Shown here piece after piece: positions 51,255-63,523 of a stretch of DNA of 64,000 nt. The notes under the pieces are model-generated. The model was not told the DNA's origin. It saw only the letters and a list, made by a program, of their open reading frames with translations, and ran no database searches. Source of the DNA: Podarcis pityusensis. Lineage: Eukaryota. The stretch lies in NCBI GenBank assembly GCA_964106645.2, contig OZ067043.1; one strand, given 5' to 3'. A program made the translations under genes and the position numbers. How positions within the stretch are numbered: the first letter of the stretch is position 1; the number at the start of each line of letters is the position of its first letter.

Positions 51255-54200
51255 ATGTCTGATGGGACGTAAGTACATTGTGTGCAATCTATATGCTTTG
51301 ATTAGGATGATGGTTAAATAAAATAACAAAGTGTGCCAGTTGCTTGACTTAATTCATGTTGATTAAGCAAGCTTTATTGCAGGAGAAGTTCACAGAAATA
51401 AGATGGGAAGGGTAATTAACCTGATGTATTAAGGAATAAAAAGGCAGCAATTTGGGTTTTCTTTTTTCCTGATGATAATTTTTATTAATTTTCAATTACA
51501 ATCCAAAATAGCCTCATTTGCAACAATACCAAATTATAATACAGTTACTAATACCAATCATTCAAATACTGAATTATATAATTTAGGTGGCCCCCCACAT
51601 GCTAGATTTGATGGTTTGATGGTTTTCTTTATTTCTGTGTTCCAAAATCTTCCTGTGTGGTGTAGTGGTTAAGAGCGGTAGTCACGTAATCTGGGGAACC
51701 GGGTTCGCGTCTCCGCTCCTCCACCTGCAGCTGCTGGGTGACCTTGGGCTAGTCACACTTCTTTGAAGTCTCTCAGCCCCACTCACCTCACAGAGTGTTT
51801 GTTGTGGGGGAGGAAGGGAAAGGAGAATGTTAGCCGCTTTGAGACTCCTTAAAGGGAGTGAAAGGCGGGATATCAAATCCAAACTCTTCTTCTTCTTCTA
51901 ATTTCAATTAAATTCCGGTTAAAATAATCCCTTATACAACAACTGCAGTATTAATAACGTCTATTTGTGTTGACACATTAAATGATTTATAGAACTACAA
52001 GTGAGGCACTCAAACTATATCCTTGTTTTTCCTGTGTGTGGCAATTATTCTGTTCGTGGTGTTTCTTCCTGTCCTTGTAAAATGTTATGTCTATCTTTCC
52101 CCCATTGTTGCTGTTCTCCATCATGCCGTGCGTGGAGCTGATACAGTCATACCTCGGGTTGAATGCGCTTCAGGTTGAGCGTGTTTGAGTTGCATTCTGC
52201 GGCAACCCGGAAGCAAAGGAGCGCATTACTTCCAGGTTTCGCCGCTTGCGCATGCGCAGATGCTCAAAATGATGTCACGTGCATGCGCAGAAGCAGCGAA
52301 AAGCGACACGCGTGTGCGCAGATGTGCCATTGCTAGTTACGTTTGCTTCTAGATGCGAACGGGGCTCCGGAACGGATCCCATTCGTATCTAGAGGTACCA
52401 CTGTATCCCATTTTCCCCCAGAAAAGTCTCCATTGCTCTGTCCCGTGCTTCGTCGTTTTGCAGCTTTAACAACAGCTGTAAAAATCACTCTGTCCCAATA
52501 AATAACCTGTTTTCACCATTTTTCCTCTCAGCCTGGGAAGAAGAGTGGTCTGTCGAACTGCAGATGACTCATTAATGAACCTTATCAGTTACTTGGCAAG
52601 TTCACAGACTCCTTTCATCCTTCCATCCAACTGAAGATAAATGAGCAATTATACTTCCAATTAAATTAAATTCCAAGTCCTTTTAGCGTTATTCAGTTCA
52701 CTCCGTAGATAATAAAGGATGGGGAAGAGTCAGTTCTAAGTTTCCATTGTAAATCTTTTGCAAAATAGAGCTTCCCTCCCCTTTTCCTTTTTTTACAAAC
52801 ACAGTTTATATTCCATATCTATAATCCAGTTTCACCCCTCCTAACTTGTACATATATAATTTGAACTAACATTCAAGGGAGGGTTGCCGAATCATAAACA
52901 TAGAGAAGAAAACTTTATATCAAGAAGCCGTAGGCTCCCCCCCCCCCCCGTCTTTTGCACCAAATGAAATTTTCTCTCAAGTTCAAACCTTAACGACCTT
53001 TTTGCTGGTTCTGTTCCACAGTTTATGATCTCATTTCTTCTAGCATGCACCTGTACTTTAGTCCGCAATTTCTTGATACAAAAAAGTGTGAAAAATAGAA
53101 TGGAACTTTTTGATTGTGATTAGGAACAGAAATGAAAATTGGTGTAAAAAGCTTTTGTTGGATTTCTGGCAAAACAACCTGCAAAAACTAACTTGTAAGC
53201 CTTAGGTAATGGTCTTTCATTGGAAAGAGAAACAAGACAGGTGTGGCCTCTGATTCTCAACCCCCCAACGTACTGACGGTTTAGTTATAATAAATTTGCA
53301 ATAAAAGAGGAATGAGATGAAAATAACTATGATGTTACGTGAAGCTTAGCAAACACTATTTGATAACAGAAGGGGATAAGCAGAAGATGGGTTAAAAATT
53401 AATTTAAGTAAAGCAGAGTCTACAGTACATAAATAGTAAATCTTTTTGGAATTGAATTAGTAGTCCTTATTATTTGTCAATTATTGATTTCAAAAACAGA
53501 TTAATTAGTGGAGGCCAATGAAAGACTTATTAGAAAATTGCACCTAAATTTTCTAACATGAAGTAGTCTACTAGGACAGTCCTGTGCATGCTTACTCAGA
53601 AGTAAGGACCACTGTTTCACTGGGGCTTTTCTCCAGGAAAGGTGTGCAAGAGATTGCAGCAAGGAAACCTCCAAAGAGGTAATGTGAAAGACAGACACGT
53701 TAAAATCCATCATTTTCAAGTTTGAAAAGATATTGTGAAGTAGCTAAGAGAAGAAGGGGGGAGATGTTATGTTGAGGAGAAGACTTGGGTAAATGAACAG
53801 AAGTGGGGAGATTGGAAATTAAAGCTGTGATCCTATGCCAAATTATCTGAAAATAAGTCCTGTTGATCAATCTGGGACTTTTGTATAGGATTGCGTTCCT
53901 AAAAATACTACACTAAGGGAATCGGATATAAAAGAAATTCATAAAGTATCCCTGTTAACCTCTTTATGTTCTGAACAAATGTCTTTAACAACTGGGACAA
54001 AAATATGGTTGTAGAGAATAGGGAGTGTTTCCATAATGAGCTAGTTAGAAAAAGCAAAGGATCTATGGGTGTTACATGACTATGCCATACTCAGAGTAGA
54101 CTCGCTGAAATCAGTGGGCAAATTAGTCATGAATAGACCCACTGAAATCAATAGACATGTCAGTTCCTCACTTCTGGCTGGAAGGACCACAGAATGGGGT

Positions 54201-57200
54201 TCAGAATAACTTCCTGTGATAGGATAACAAACCGATAGTCTGCCTGCATGTTTCAAACTCCCCACCTCCTCTGTGTTCTTTGGTAGATGTCTGCGCAGAA
54301 GAAAAGGTGCACATGAAATAGAACCCAAAACTGATCTTACTCGCTGGCGATTCAGCTCTGTGGAAGGGCGGCAGAAATGGTACTACGTGGCAAGCAGTGA
54401 AGAATGTGCCCGTGAACAGAATGCACTCGAGGCTTACACTTTAGGGCTGGACACTGTAAGTGGCTTAATGATAACAGATGGTACAACACGGAAAGGCTAC
54501 AAAAGGAGCCCAGGGCATGAGGACTGCTGGCTTGGCCCTGCCTAGCGGCAGTTTCTCAAGGGCTGGGTCATTTTTCTTTTGGCTTCTCATCTTCTGACAC
54601 CTCAGTTAGGAACACAGGAAGCTTGGTGATTGCTTTCATGGAACTGTGGAAGGGATCATGAGGGTCATCTCCTCAAACCGCCTGCCACTTGGTGCTGTAC
54701 AACTGCAACTTGATAATGTCAGGGTTGAATATGAAACCCTACTTGAAAAAAGACAAGCCTGCAAGATGAATATGACAATCTGCAGGAAATACTGAAATAC
54801 ATAACTTGGTTATCACTTTCTACAAGGCAGCTTCTTCATGCTTGTTGCCTATAATGATGACTGAATTCATCTGCAAGCAGTTTGCGGCCTCAGTGTTTGG
54901 TTCTTAGCCTTGGAAAGGGAGTTGGACTACATGATCTTCTGGTCCGTCATATTCTATAGTTCTCTGATGTGAGAGCTCTGTGGTGTTCTCCTAGAGAACA
55001 GCCACTCTCTTGCTCTCAATGATCAATCTCCAGTATACTGTGCCTGATACTCATTTCCATGATGCACGGATGATGCATCTGCATGAGGCATTTTGATGTG
55101 CGTGAAAATACTGAGGCACATCAATCCAATATGCAGTTTGTTTGGATAAAGGCCTCTGACTGATGGCTGGATTTCTAAACAGTTGTGATATCCCATATTG
55201 TGAGATGTTGGCAGGTGTAGATTTCACTTGAGATGTGCTTGTAAAACATAGTTTTGGAACCGTCTCTCAGGGCTAAACCATCCAGTACATTGAATGACTT
55301 TTTGTATTTAACATGACTGTTGTTTTAAACCGAAACAAGTTCATGAGGGCCCAATCAGGATAGGGATTGGGGTGGGTGAGGAAGAGAGAGTTATCCCTTT
55401 CCCAGCCTGCCCATGTCTACAGGCAAATACAAATAACAGCTGGCGATGGGCGTTTCATTGAGACTGCTGCTAGGAGGGGAAGTGTTAAATGACACCTCCC
55501 CATCTGCCATGGTCCCATTCCTGACTACCCTTCCCTGCTATATTTATTTCTAAGTGACCAAATAGTTGCATGAAATGTAGCAGGACATTTAACACAATGC
55601 ATACTTTGTCTTGTAGATAGTCTGTTTAGTTTTTGTGCATTTCTCTTACTTTTCCTATTTTGTTTTACAGAGCAAGTTCTTTCCAGATTTGCCCAAAGTT
55701 AGCACCGCCCAGGAAGCAGTCCAGAAAGCGATTAAATTCTTCTCTGGCCTGCAAGCAGAAGATGGCCATTGGGCCATGGAGTGCTCTGGCGTTCTCTCTC
55801 TTGCACCAGGTACATGGACACTAGCGGGTTTACCACATATGCATTAACTGGCTAAGGAGGGCCTCCCTGTATATTTTCTATAAATTTGTTGATCTTCTTT
55901 TACCAGACAGACAGAAATAGGTTGATATTTGGAGAAACCTCTTAAACTGAGGCCTTCTTTTAAGAGCTATTATGCAGTGTGTGAATGTTCCTCGCTCGAG
56001 ACACTTCTCCACTCTCTGAAAACTTCTTTGATCTCAGTGTCATGAATGTCTTTTTCCATGCATGAGAGGCTAAACCTTGAACCCTCTTAATTCAGAAGGG
56101 AGTTTTTGTAACTAAGATATATATCCCTGTTATCTTCCATCACTACATAATTATTTCTGCTGACAGGAGTGTCAGGGGTTGACACTTAGTCTTCCATTAC
56201 CTTCCCTGGAAGTCTGATCCCTGGAAGATGTGTATGTTCTTCAAGCCAGATTGCCTTGGGTCACCTGCCTGGGAAATTCTTCATTCTCAGAATTTCCTAT
56301 AGTTAAATTTATATATATATTTAAATCCCTCTATTTAGGAAAATGAAGTCTAGCCTCTCTCACAAAGCAGAATACAGTGGTGCCTCACAAGACGAAATTA
56401 ATTCGTTCTGCGAGTTTTTTCGTCTTGCGAGTTTTTTCGTCTTGCGAAGCACGGTTTCCCAAAGTCTTCAAAATCACCAAAGTCTTCAAAAACCTCAGAA
56501 AAGGCTACCACACCGCGTGCTATGAGTTGCTCCTCGAAGTCACCCTGGGTATTAACGGTTTTAAGAAAAAGGAAACAAACTTGCAAGACGTTTTCGTTTT
56601 TTTCGTTTTTCGTCTTGCAAAGCAAGCCCATAGGGAAATTTGTCTTGTGAAGCAACTCAAAAAATGAAAAACTCTTTCGTCTTGCGAGTTTTTCTTCTTG
56701 CGAGGCATTCGTCTTGCGAGGTACCACTGTACTTATTCAGTATATCCTGAACAGGGGGATAATCCATTGAATCCATTGTGCAGGATACTGTCCATCGGTG
56801 GCATCATACAGCTGTATGGAGATGTGGTAGACCAGATGATTTAAATTTTTTCTTCCCCTTACAGTTAATCTTAATTATTATTTTTAACTGTCTTTACTGA
56901 AAAGTTTAATATTTCCTGTAAACCACTTAGTGGGATTACGTCACTGAAGTGGTATATAAATAAATAATAAAATTTGATTTGTGTGCAGATCAAGATGAGA
57001 GAGAAATTTGATTCAGTTTGCAGTTAAAGGTCTTATTAGCACTTTCAGAAACAGTTTGAGAACTGAAACACAGGCATTCTTTGAAGTTCGCTCTTCACTG
57101 ATTTTTGTAGTGCATATCCCCAGCCAAGTAGTGTGTACAATGGCATATACTAGAGTAAAAACATAAATCTTGTTATGTTTGACCTTTTTCTTCTGTTTCA

Positions 57201-60200
57201 AGATGGTAAAAACAAACAATGGGGTACAAAAGCATAAGTTACGTTTCGATATCCAAACAGGCGGTTTATTGGCAGATCATACCAAAGTTAAGATTGTCAA
57301 GTACTACACATCTTCTTCTTCTTCTTTTTTAACCAAACAGCTATTTTGATGTCATGTTATGCTGCCAAGATCTCACTACCAGAAGAGGTTGAGAGAGAGC
57401 TCCTGCGCTACATCCTCTCAAAACAGCTTCCAGATGGTGGCTGGGGCCTGTAAGTAGTCCAAGGAGGGTGTGAGCTTCTCTAGAGTGGCCTAGGGAGAGA
57501 TGTTCTAATGCTGCATATCTTTGTCTTGGGCTGGTCCATGATGCAATTCCCCCATGAAGGCTTCTTTAAATCACTTCTGCATTCTGCTGTCTTTTGACTG
57601 TGAGCCTTTTATTTGCAATACTCACCATGTGAACTGGGCACCAGGGTAGATGACCAGAATGCAAGCTGGGCTCAGCATGTACTGAAGTTGCCCAGCTGTG
57701 GCGGAGAAAGATAGAATTCTGGCATGAGGAGTGGAGAGAGGCAACAATAATGAAGACATAATATCTGACATAGCTATTGCCTTTGAAAAGCACCATCTCT
57801 AGGAAGTATTACTATTGATAAATGGTGTGGTGAGGCCAGGTTGCCTCCATCCAAATGTATCCTGTCAAACCACAAAATGGATTGGAGTTTGACTGAGCTT
57901 TGAATCTGAATTCTTAGTAGCATGGTATCAACTTTATTTAGCTGGAATGGAATTTCAACTGGTACTCAGGTTGTATGAGCTGCTTTCAAGCCCATGCTGC
58001 CTCATGGAAGGAAAGATTTCAAAGCACCAAGTGCCCTTCATTAAGGCATTACTTTTTTAAAAAGGTAATAGAAAACAAAAGAAGGTATTCTGCGGTGTCC
58101 CGGCTAATGGATAGCTGGGTATGGGTGAGGCAAATTCTCAGAAAAGCTTTTGAATTTAAGGTAATACACCAGAAGAATGGAAACTAAACAATTCAAAGAG
58201 ATTTCCAGACCTCTGGACTCACTGGTCCACTTTCTAATGGCTCTTTGATCTCTCTTTATTGTAGCCACCTTAAAGAACAGTCAACAGTATTTGGCACAAC
58301 CTTTAGCTACATAGCTATGCGAATCCTTGGACTTGGGCCTGACCATCCAGATGTAGTGCGGGCTCGGATAAATCTCCACAAGAAAGGTAAGGCAGAAATC
58401 TCCGCCAGGGCTGGATCAATCCATTTTACTGGAGTGTAGTGCCCAGGTAAAGCTGGGGGCCCTGATGTAGTTATTTGGGAGCATCTTCCTATTCTGCCTC
58501 CCCCCCCTTCCTCCCTTCTTTTGTGGGTCCTTTTAGAAATCACCATAGACTGATCATAGAAATTGTGTGTTTGTCCCAAATAGAAGATGCTGGTCATATC
58601 TTCCCTCCCATTTTCCCTTCTCTAAAATTTATATTGGGAACTCTTGGGATGGGGGACATGGACCTGCCCTTTTATGCCACTCTGTAATGCACAATATACA
58701 GCGATAAAATTTTATTTTACTGTATTCTTAGAAATACAAAGAATGAGGTGAATTATAACCTCCCTTTTGCAGCAGCATTTTGCGGTGAACCCCCCTCTTA
58801 ACTACTGCTTAATCTTTTTGGTTTTATAAAGAAAACTCTCTGGTACTTGGAGACTTAGGAAAGTTAAACAGGGAAAGGTTTTTATTTTACAGAAACAAGG
58901 TGATAAATGCACAGCTTCTTTTCAGTTATTTCACTTCAGTTCCTAAAACTTAAATGAGTAGATGTTACAGCTTTGGCCTTAATACCTGGGGTCTTAAATA
59001 AGGTGGTGCTTGCTGTCAGTTTCCCAACTTTCTGTAAATCACACCCCTGAGGCTCTAATAGGATTACAGGTGATCACCCTCCAACTGGTTTGGGAATCTG
59101 CTTTTTCTCTAGAAGTTCTGTCACCTACTTTCTGAACTGGGACCCCAAGTAGAGTGTCCCCTCATAACTCTACTTATCCTGTCCCCAATTCAGCTTCCCA
59201 GTTTTTCTCTTGTCTGTACACTCCTAAAAAGACACTAATTAATGTCTTTCAAACTAAACTCAGCAGACTTCCATCTCTGGTTACAGATATTTTCCTCAGA
59301 GTGGAGCTATACACCTATCTAGCTGAACTCCAAGAACGCCAACTTTCAACTCTTCTCTCCCCAACTGTCTCTACGGCTTTCTCTTTTTCCTCCCAAAGTG
59401 CGGACTCCACACACACACACACCCCTGCCCAGCTAGTTGTATCCACAGCCACTCAGAAGGAGGCTACAGCTCAGCTCTGGTGGAATTCCAAGGCACTTCA
59501 TCACTAAACTCTGGTCTAGCTGAGCTTTCTGTCACACATTCACATAAGGTTTAATGGAACTAGGAGGTGAGGTGGTTCCTTCTGCATGGATACAGTCTGA
59601 GAAATACATAGCATATGTTTTCAGGATGATCAGGGCATTCACCCTGTCTCTGGGTAGCTTGGGTAGTTATAGGAAAAATGAGGAGGGAACTCTTTGGGTT
59701 CAGCCAGTTCAGAAACACTGCAGTGAGCATAGCTTAAAGTTGTGCAACTGCTACTAGACTTCCCCTTCAATGTGTGGAGTGTGGCCGGGCCAGGCAATGA
59801 GGGTGTGATGGGGCAGGGGTGGGGGGACTGGGCCAGTAAGCCCAGTTCTCTTTCTCCCCCTCGTGTGATGAGGACATAAAACCTGCATAGAGGTAGTGTT
59901 GGGTGGTATTAAATCTGGACACCACAGCAGTTCTTATACTCATGTCTCCACCTGATATGGGTAAGAAGAAATCTGAAAAACCACATGCCATATGGCTCTC
60001 TCTAAATAATAAGAACAATCCTAGAAAAAAGAAAGCTAGGATTAAATGTCTTTGTCGTGTTCCTGTACAATAGAGAGTCTTTCTAAGCACCCATTTCCCT
60101 TTTTATAGTTTTGCAAAGTATCTTCACAGCAAGGCAATAATCATATCTAGGTTCTCATTGTAAATTTATTTGGCTTTGTCCCCTTCAGTCTACAGAAGCA

Positions 60201-61388
60201 AAGATGTTGATAATTCTCTTTCTAGGTGGCGCTCTTGGAATCCCTAACTTGGGCAAAGTTTGGCTGGCCATTATGAATTTGTACAGCTGGGAGGGAATGA
60301 ATTCACCATTTCCCGAGTTGTGGTATGTGTCTGAAAGTTTACTGATCCCCACCCCACGCCACCAATCATGAACCCCCCCCCCCCAAATGTCTACAGTGTT
60401 GCACAGTAGACAAATTCTTTATTAAATAACAGTGACTTGGAAATTGAAATTAATCCATATTAACCTTCACCACTCTCAGAGGTCCAAAGAGGCCTGGGCT
60501 AGTTCCAGTTTTTGAGGCCCCTAGCCATAAAAAAAAAAAGATAAGAATGACAACTCTGGAAAACAAAATAAGGCACCAACAATATAGTGGGGGATTATTG
60601 CTTTGTTTGTTATTATGTTACCGGGTTTTGTGTTTTTATACTTTAAATTGCCCTGATCCTCAGATGAAGGGCAATATAACCTGCTTTTAGTGTTACCACT
60701 ACATCCAGGATTCCTGACATTGTCTTCCATGAACCTGTTTCTTCCTTCTTTCTGAAATAGGCTGTTTCCTACATGGCTGCCGGGACATCCCTCGACATAC
60801 TGGTGTCACGCTCGCCATATCACCCTCGCGATGAGCTACTGCTATGCCACTCGCCTGACTGTAGAAGAAGATGAATTGATCCATAGTCTAAGACAGGCAA
60901 GACAACATTCTCCAAACATCCCACCATCCTCGGTCAAAGTGGGACCCTCATACTTCCTTGGATCTGCACTTGGGGAATTGCTTGCTTGTATCTGACAGGG
61001 AGAAGGCTGAACTGGATGTCTTATTTTCCATTTAAGGCAGAAGTCAAGCTCAGAGCATCGGTGTTTCAAAATGCCATGGGAATATTTGTTTTGGAGAGAG
61101 GTGGGGGCATGTAAACATGCCACTTGGACATCCCTATTCCATAGGGGAGGGCAACTTTGGGAGGGTAGAATTTGGAGTGGAGATGGTGCACATGGCATCA
61201 CCCTGCCAAGTCACATAAGTCTCTCTCCATTCATGCTCTTATTTTAATTTATTTTAATGGCTCTGTGCTTCCTGTGCCACAGAGTATTCATTAACTCTTT
61301 GCCTCTTCTCGTAAAAACTGGTGAACAACATCAATATTGCCTCCTACATCACAGCAATACCACAATCTCCCTTTTTTATGCTTCTTTT

Positions 61389-61432
<44 letters not shown>

Positions 61433-63523
61433 TTTCCTCCCCTTTCTTTTGGTGTGGTAAAAGGAGCATTCTTCTCCCCTCTTCTGTACTACCAGAAAAA
61501 CAAATCAATGAAGAACTGTTGAACCATTAATCTCCTGTGGAGTACCCTCCTCTTTCTCCTCTAATGTTTTATTTATTTATTATTTATTATAACATACTTT
61601 TTTCCATTTAAGTATCAAAATGGTGATGACGTAGACTATTGCTCATGAAAGCTGATGCCATAACACAGGGAGGGGAAAATGCTAAAATGAATTTGCTGGG
61701 GTTTTTTTAAAGCTCTGTAATGACAGTTGTCAAGTACACTAATACCCTGCTTCTTCTTTACTATGAAAGTCATTTCACTTCATGGTTTCCTTCTAGGAGA
61801 TTTATGTGGAGGACTTCTCCACCATTGATTGGCCAGCCCAGAGGAACAATATTTATGAAGCCGATTTGCATGCTGCACACAGCTGGATGCTGGATGCTGC
61901 TTTTGGTGAGTGATTTTGGAATTGGCAAGTCTTTTTCCAGGAGTTCAGGCCTCCAACGTAGGTTTCCTAGGGTTTAGTTGGCACAGAGAAAGAGATTTCT
62001 GTTGGTATAGGCAAACACTTTTCATCAGAGGATATCCATGGAAACACACAACATTTTCCAAGTTTCGTATTATCATATGTAGCAAGCAAATACTTAGCCA
62101 ATTACAAGGACAAGGGATATTGAATCACACTGTGAAGACAGCCTGTGGGATCTCTCACACGATCTGAATTGTGATTTCTACCCCGCCCATTGCTTTTACA
62201 GTGTGAATTGGGATCCATTGTTGATCAGTTAAGGAAGAACAAGATATGTAACTACTTGATGCAGGGGTGCCAACAGGATTATCTGGGTCCAATGCATTGT
62301 ACCTTGATTGGGCTCTCTGACTCACTTGCCAAAGAGAACGCAGATCTGCATAAAATGTGTGTGTGTTGTGTAACATGCAAATTTGTGTCCTCTTTTGCGG
62401 GTAAGGTGGAAGGCCCACAAATGAAGAAGGGCATGTTTTGCTTCTTTACATTCTCATAGTTTGGTGGCCCTACTGATCCCAATGAGAGCTAGTGGGAGGG
62501 TCCCAGCAGCAGTTTTATGGTGCTTAATGACCCCCCCCCATTTGCTTCCCAGTGAACCTTAAAATGATCAAACTGTTTCATTCCATTTCTCTAGATGTAA
62601 CCTTGCCCAAGCCAAAGGAGAAAATCTGGCAGGGATTGTGATTTTGGCTCTTCAATTTTGGGGGTGGGGGTGGGTCCAGGGTGGAGGTTTGTTGGGAAAG
62701 ATTTTGGGAGGGGATCTGCAAAAGGTTCATGGAAGTTGGGGGTAAATGAAAAGAAGAAAAAAACCAAATGACCCCAAACAACTGGTGCCCACCCGTGATA
62801 AACCCCTTCACTCACACCCATGTTCTTTTGCAGACCCCCCCCCCCAAAAAAATCATATTTGAAATTAGGGGCTGAAATCCTGCCTCTGTTTTGAACCAAA
62901 ATATATTTCAGAAGCAAGTGCCATTGAATTCAATGGCGCCCTCTTCCGGGTAATTGCATGGAGGATTGCAGCCCCAAACACATGAGGAAGATAGAACTGC
63001 ATTAACACGATTGCGATGTTCATAGTGACTCTCTTATTCCTTCTGCAGCTACCTTCAATTTGTATGAGAGATACCATTTCACCAGTTTCAGAAAGCAAGC
63101 CATTGCGGAAATGTATGAGCAAATCAAGGCTGACGACATATTCTCAAACGCCACCAATTCTAGCCCGGTAGGTCCTTTGTGAAGAAAAAAATTGTACTGG
63201 GAACAAATTCCTTTTGATGACAGCATATACTCATTCTCCTGAGGAAGCTTTGCTTCAAAAACCAAACAGAGAGCTATATTTGTGGCAATCTTGTTCTGCC
63301 CGCTTGAGTTTCTGTGTTTGGCTGGTGAGATAGACAGGTAGTCGTGTGGCAGATGAGAGTGTTAAGCATGCAGGTATAGCAGAGGGGAATTCCTAACTGG
63401 AATGATATTCTCTTTTGTCCTGCAGACTTGTAAAGCGTTTCATGTGCTAATAAGCAGGTATGCTGATGGAGCCGATTCTCCAGCTTTTCAAGAACATATC
63501 TCCAGGATCTATGACTACCTTTG
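51255..63523 (+). CDS. Oxidosqualene cyclase, lanosterol synthase-like (divergent LSS paralogue); exons 1-10, gene continues beyond the window
   Basis: Exons 51255-51268 (MSDGT), 54287-54455, 55671-55809, 57341-57449, 58265-58386, 60226-60322, 60761-60896 (GC donor), 61797-61905, 63049-63167 and 63426-63523 total 1112 nt and are all in frame. Protein [26 protein letters not shown]...GRQKW...LQAEDGHW...[10 protein letters not shown]...STVFGT...RILG...YSWEG...HPSTYWCH...IDWPAQRNN...[14 protein letters not shown] is colinear with LSS residues 1-370. Confidence 0.93.
51652..51899 (+). mobile_element. tRNA-derived SINE (Squam3-like) in LSS-like intron 1
   Basis: A-box tggtgtagtggt, B-box-like ggttcgcgtctcc, core gggtgaccttgggctagtcac...ctcagccccactcacctcacag, L2-like 3' end and (CTT)n tail. 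Confidence 0.8.
52144..52403. mobile_element. Tc1/mariner-type MITE
   Basis: TA-cagtcatacctcggg ... ctagaggtaccactg-TA. Confidence 0.75.
56375..56729. mobile_element. Tc1/mariner-type MITE with internal TTCGTCTTGC repeats
   Basis: TIRs cagtggtgcctcacaagacgaa / ttcgtcttgcgaggtaccactg with TA TSD; several subterminal ttcgtcttgc motifs. Confidence 0.85.
61386..61433. repeat. (CTTT)n microsatellite
   Basis: tttctttctttc... Confidence 0.9.

Noticed and set aside
51383-51411. AG..GT-bounded 29-nt segment with an ATG as alternative LSS-like exon 1
   Set aside because: Wrong phase for exon 2 and would shift the frame; 51255-51268 (MSDGT) matches the LSS N-terminus and phase.
51655-51725. tRNA-like sequence
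   Set aside because: It is the Pol III head of a SINE, continuing into SINE body and tail; not a tRNA gene.
56395-56720. Repeated TTCGTCTTGCGAG motifs resembling an array
   Set aside because: Irregularly spaced subterminal repeats inside a TA-flanked MITE; eukaryotic DNA, not CRISPR.
58690-59536. Possible solo LTR (ends tgtcaca, minus-strand AATAAA near 58880)
   Set aside because: Could not identify the other terminus or a TSD.
54287-63523. Calling the gene canonical LSS or a pseudogene
   Set aside because: It is too divergent at invariant residues and at the wrong locus for a confident LSS symbol. There are no stops, frameshifts or broken splice sites in ten exons to justify a pseudogene call.
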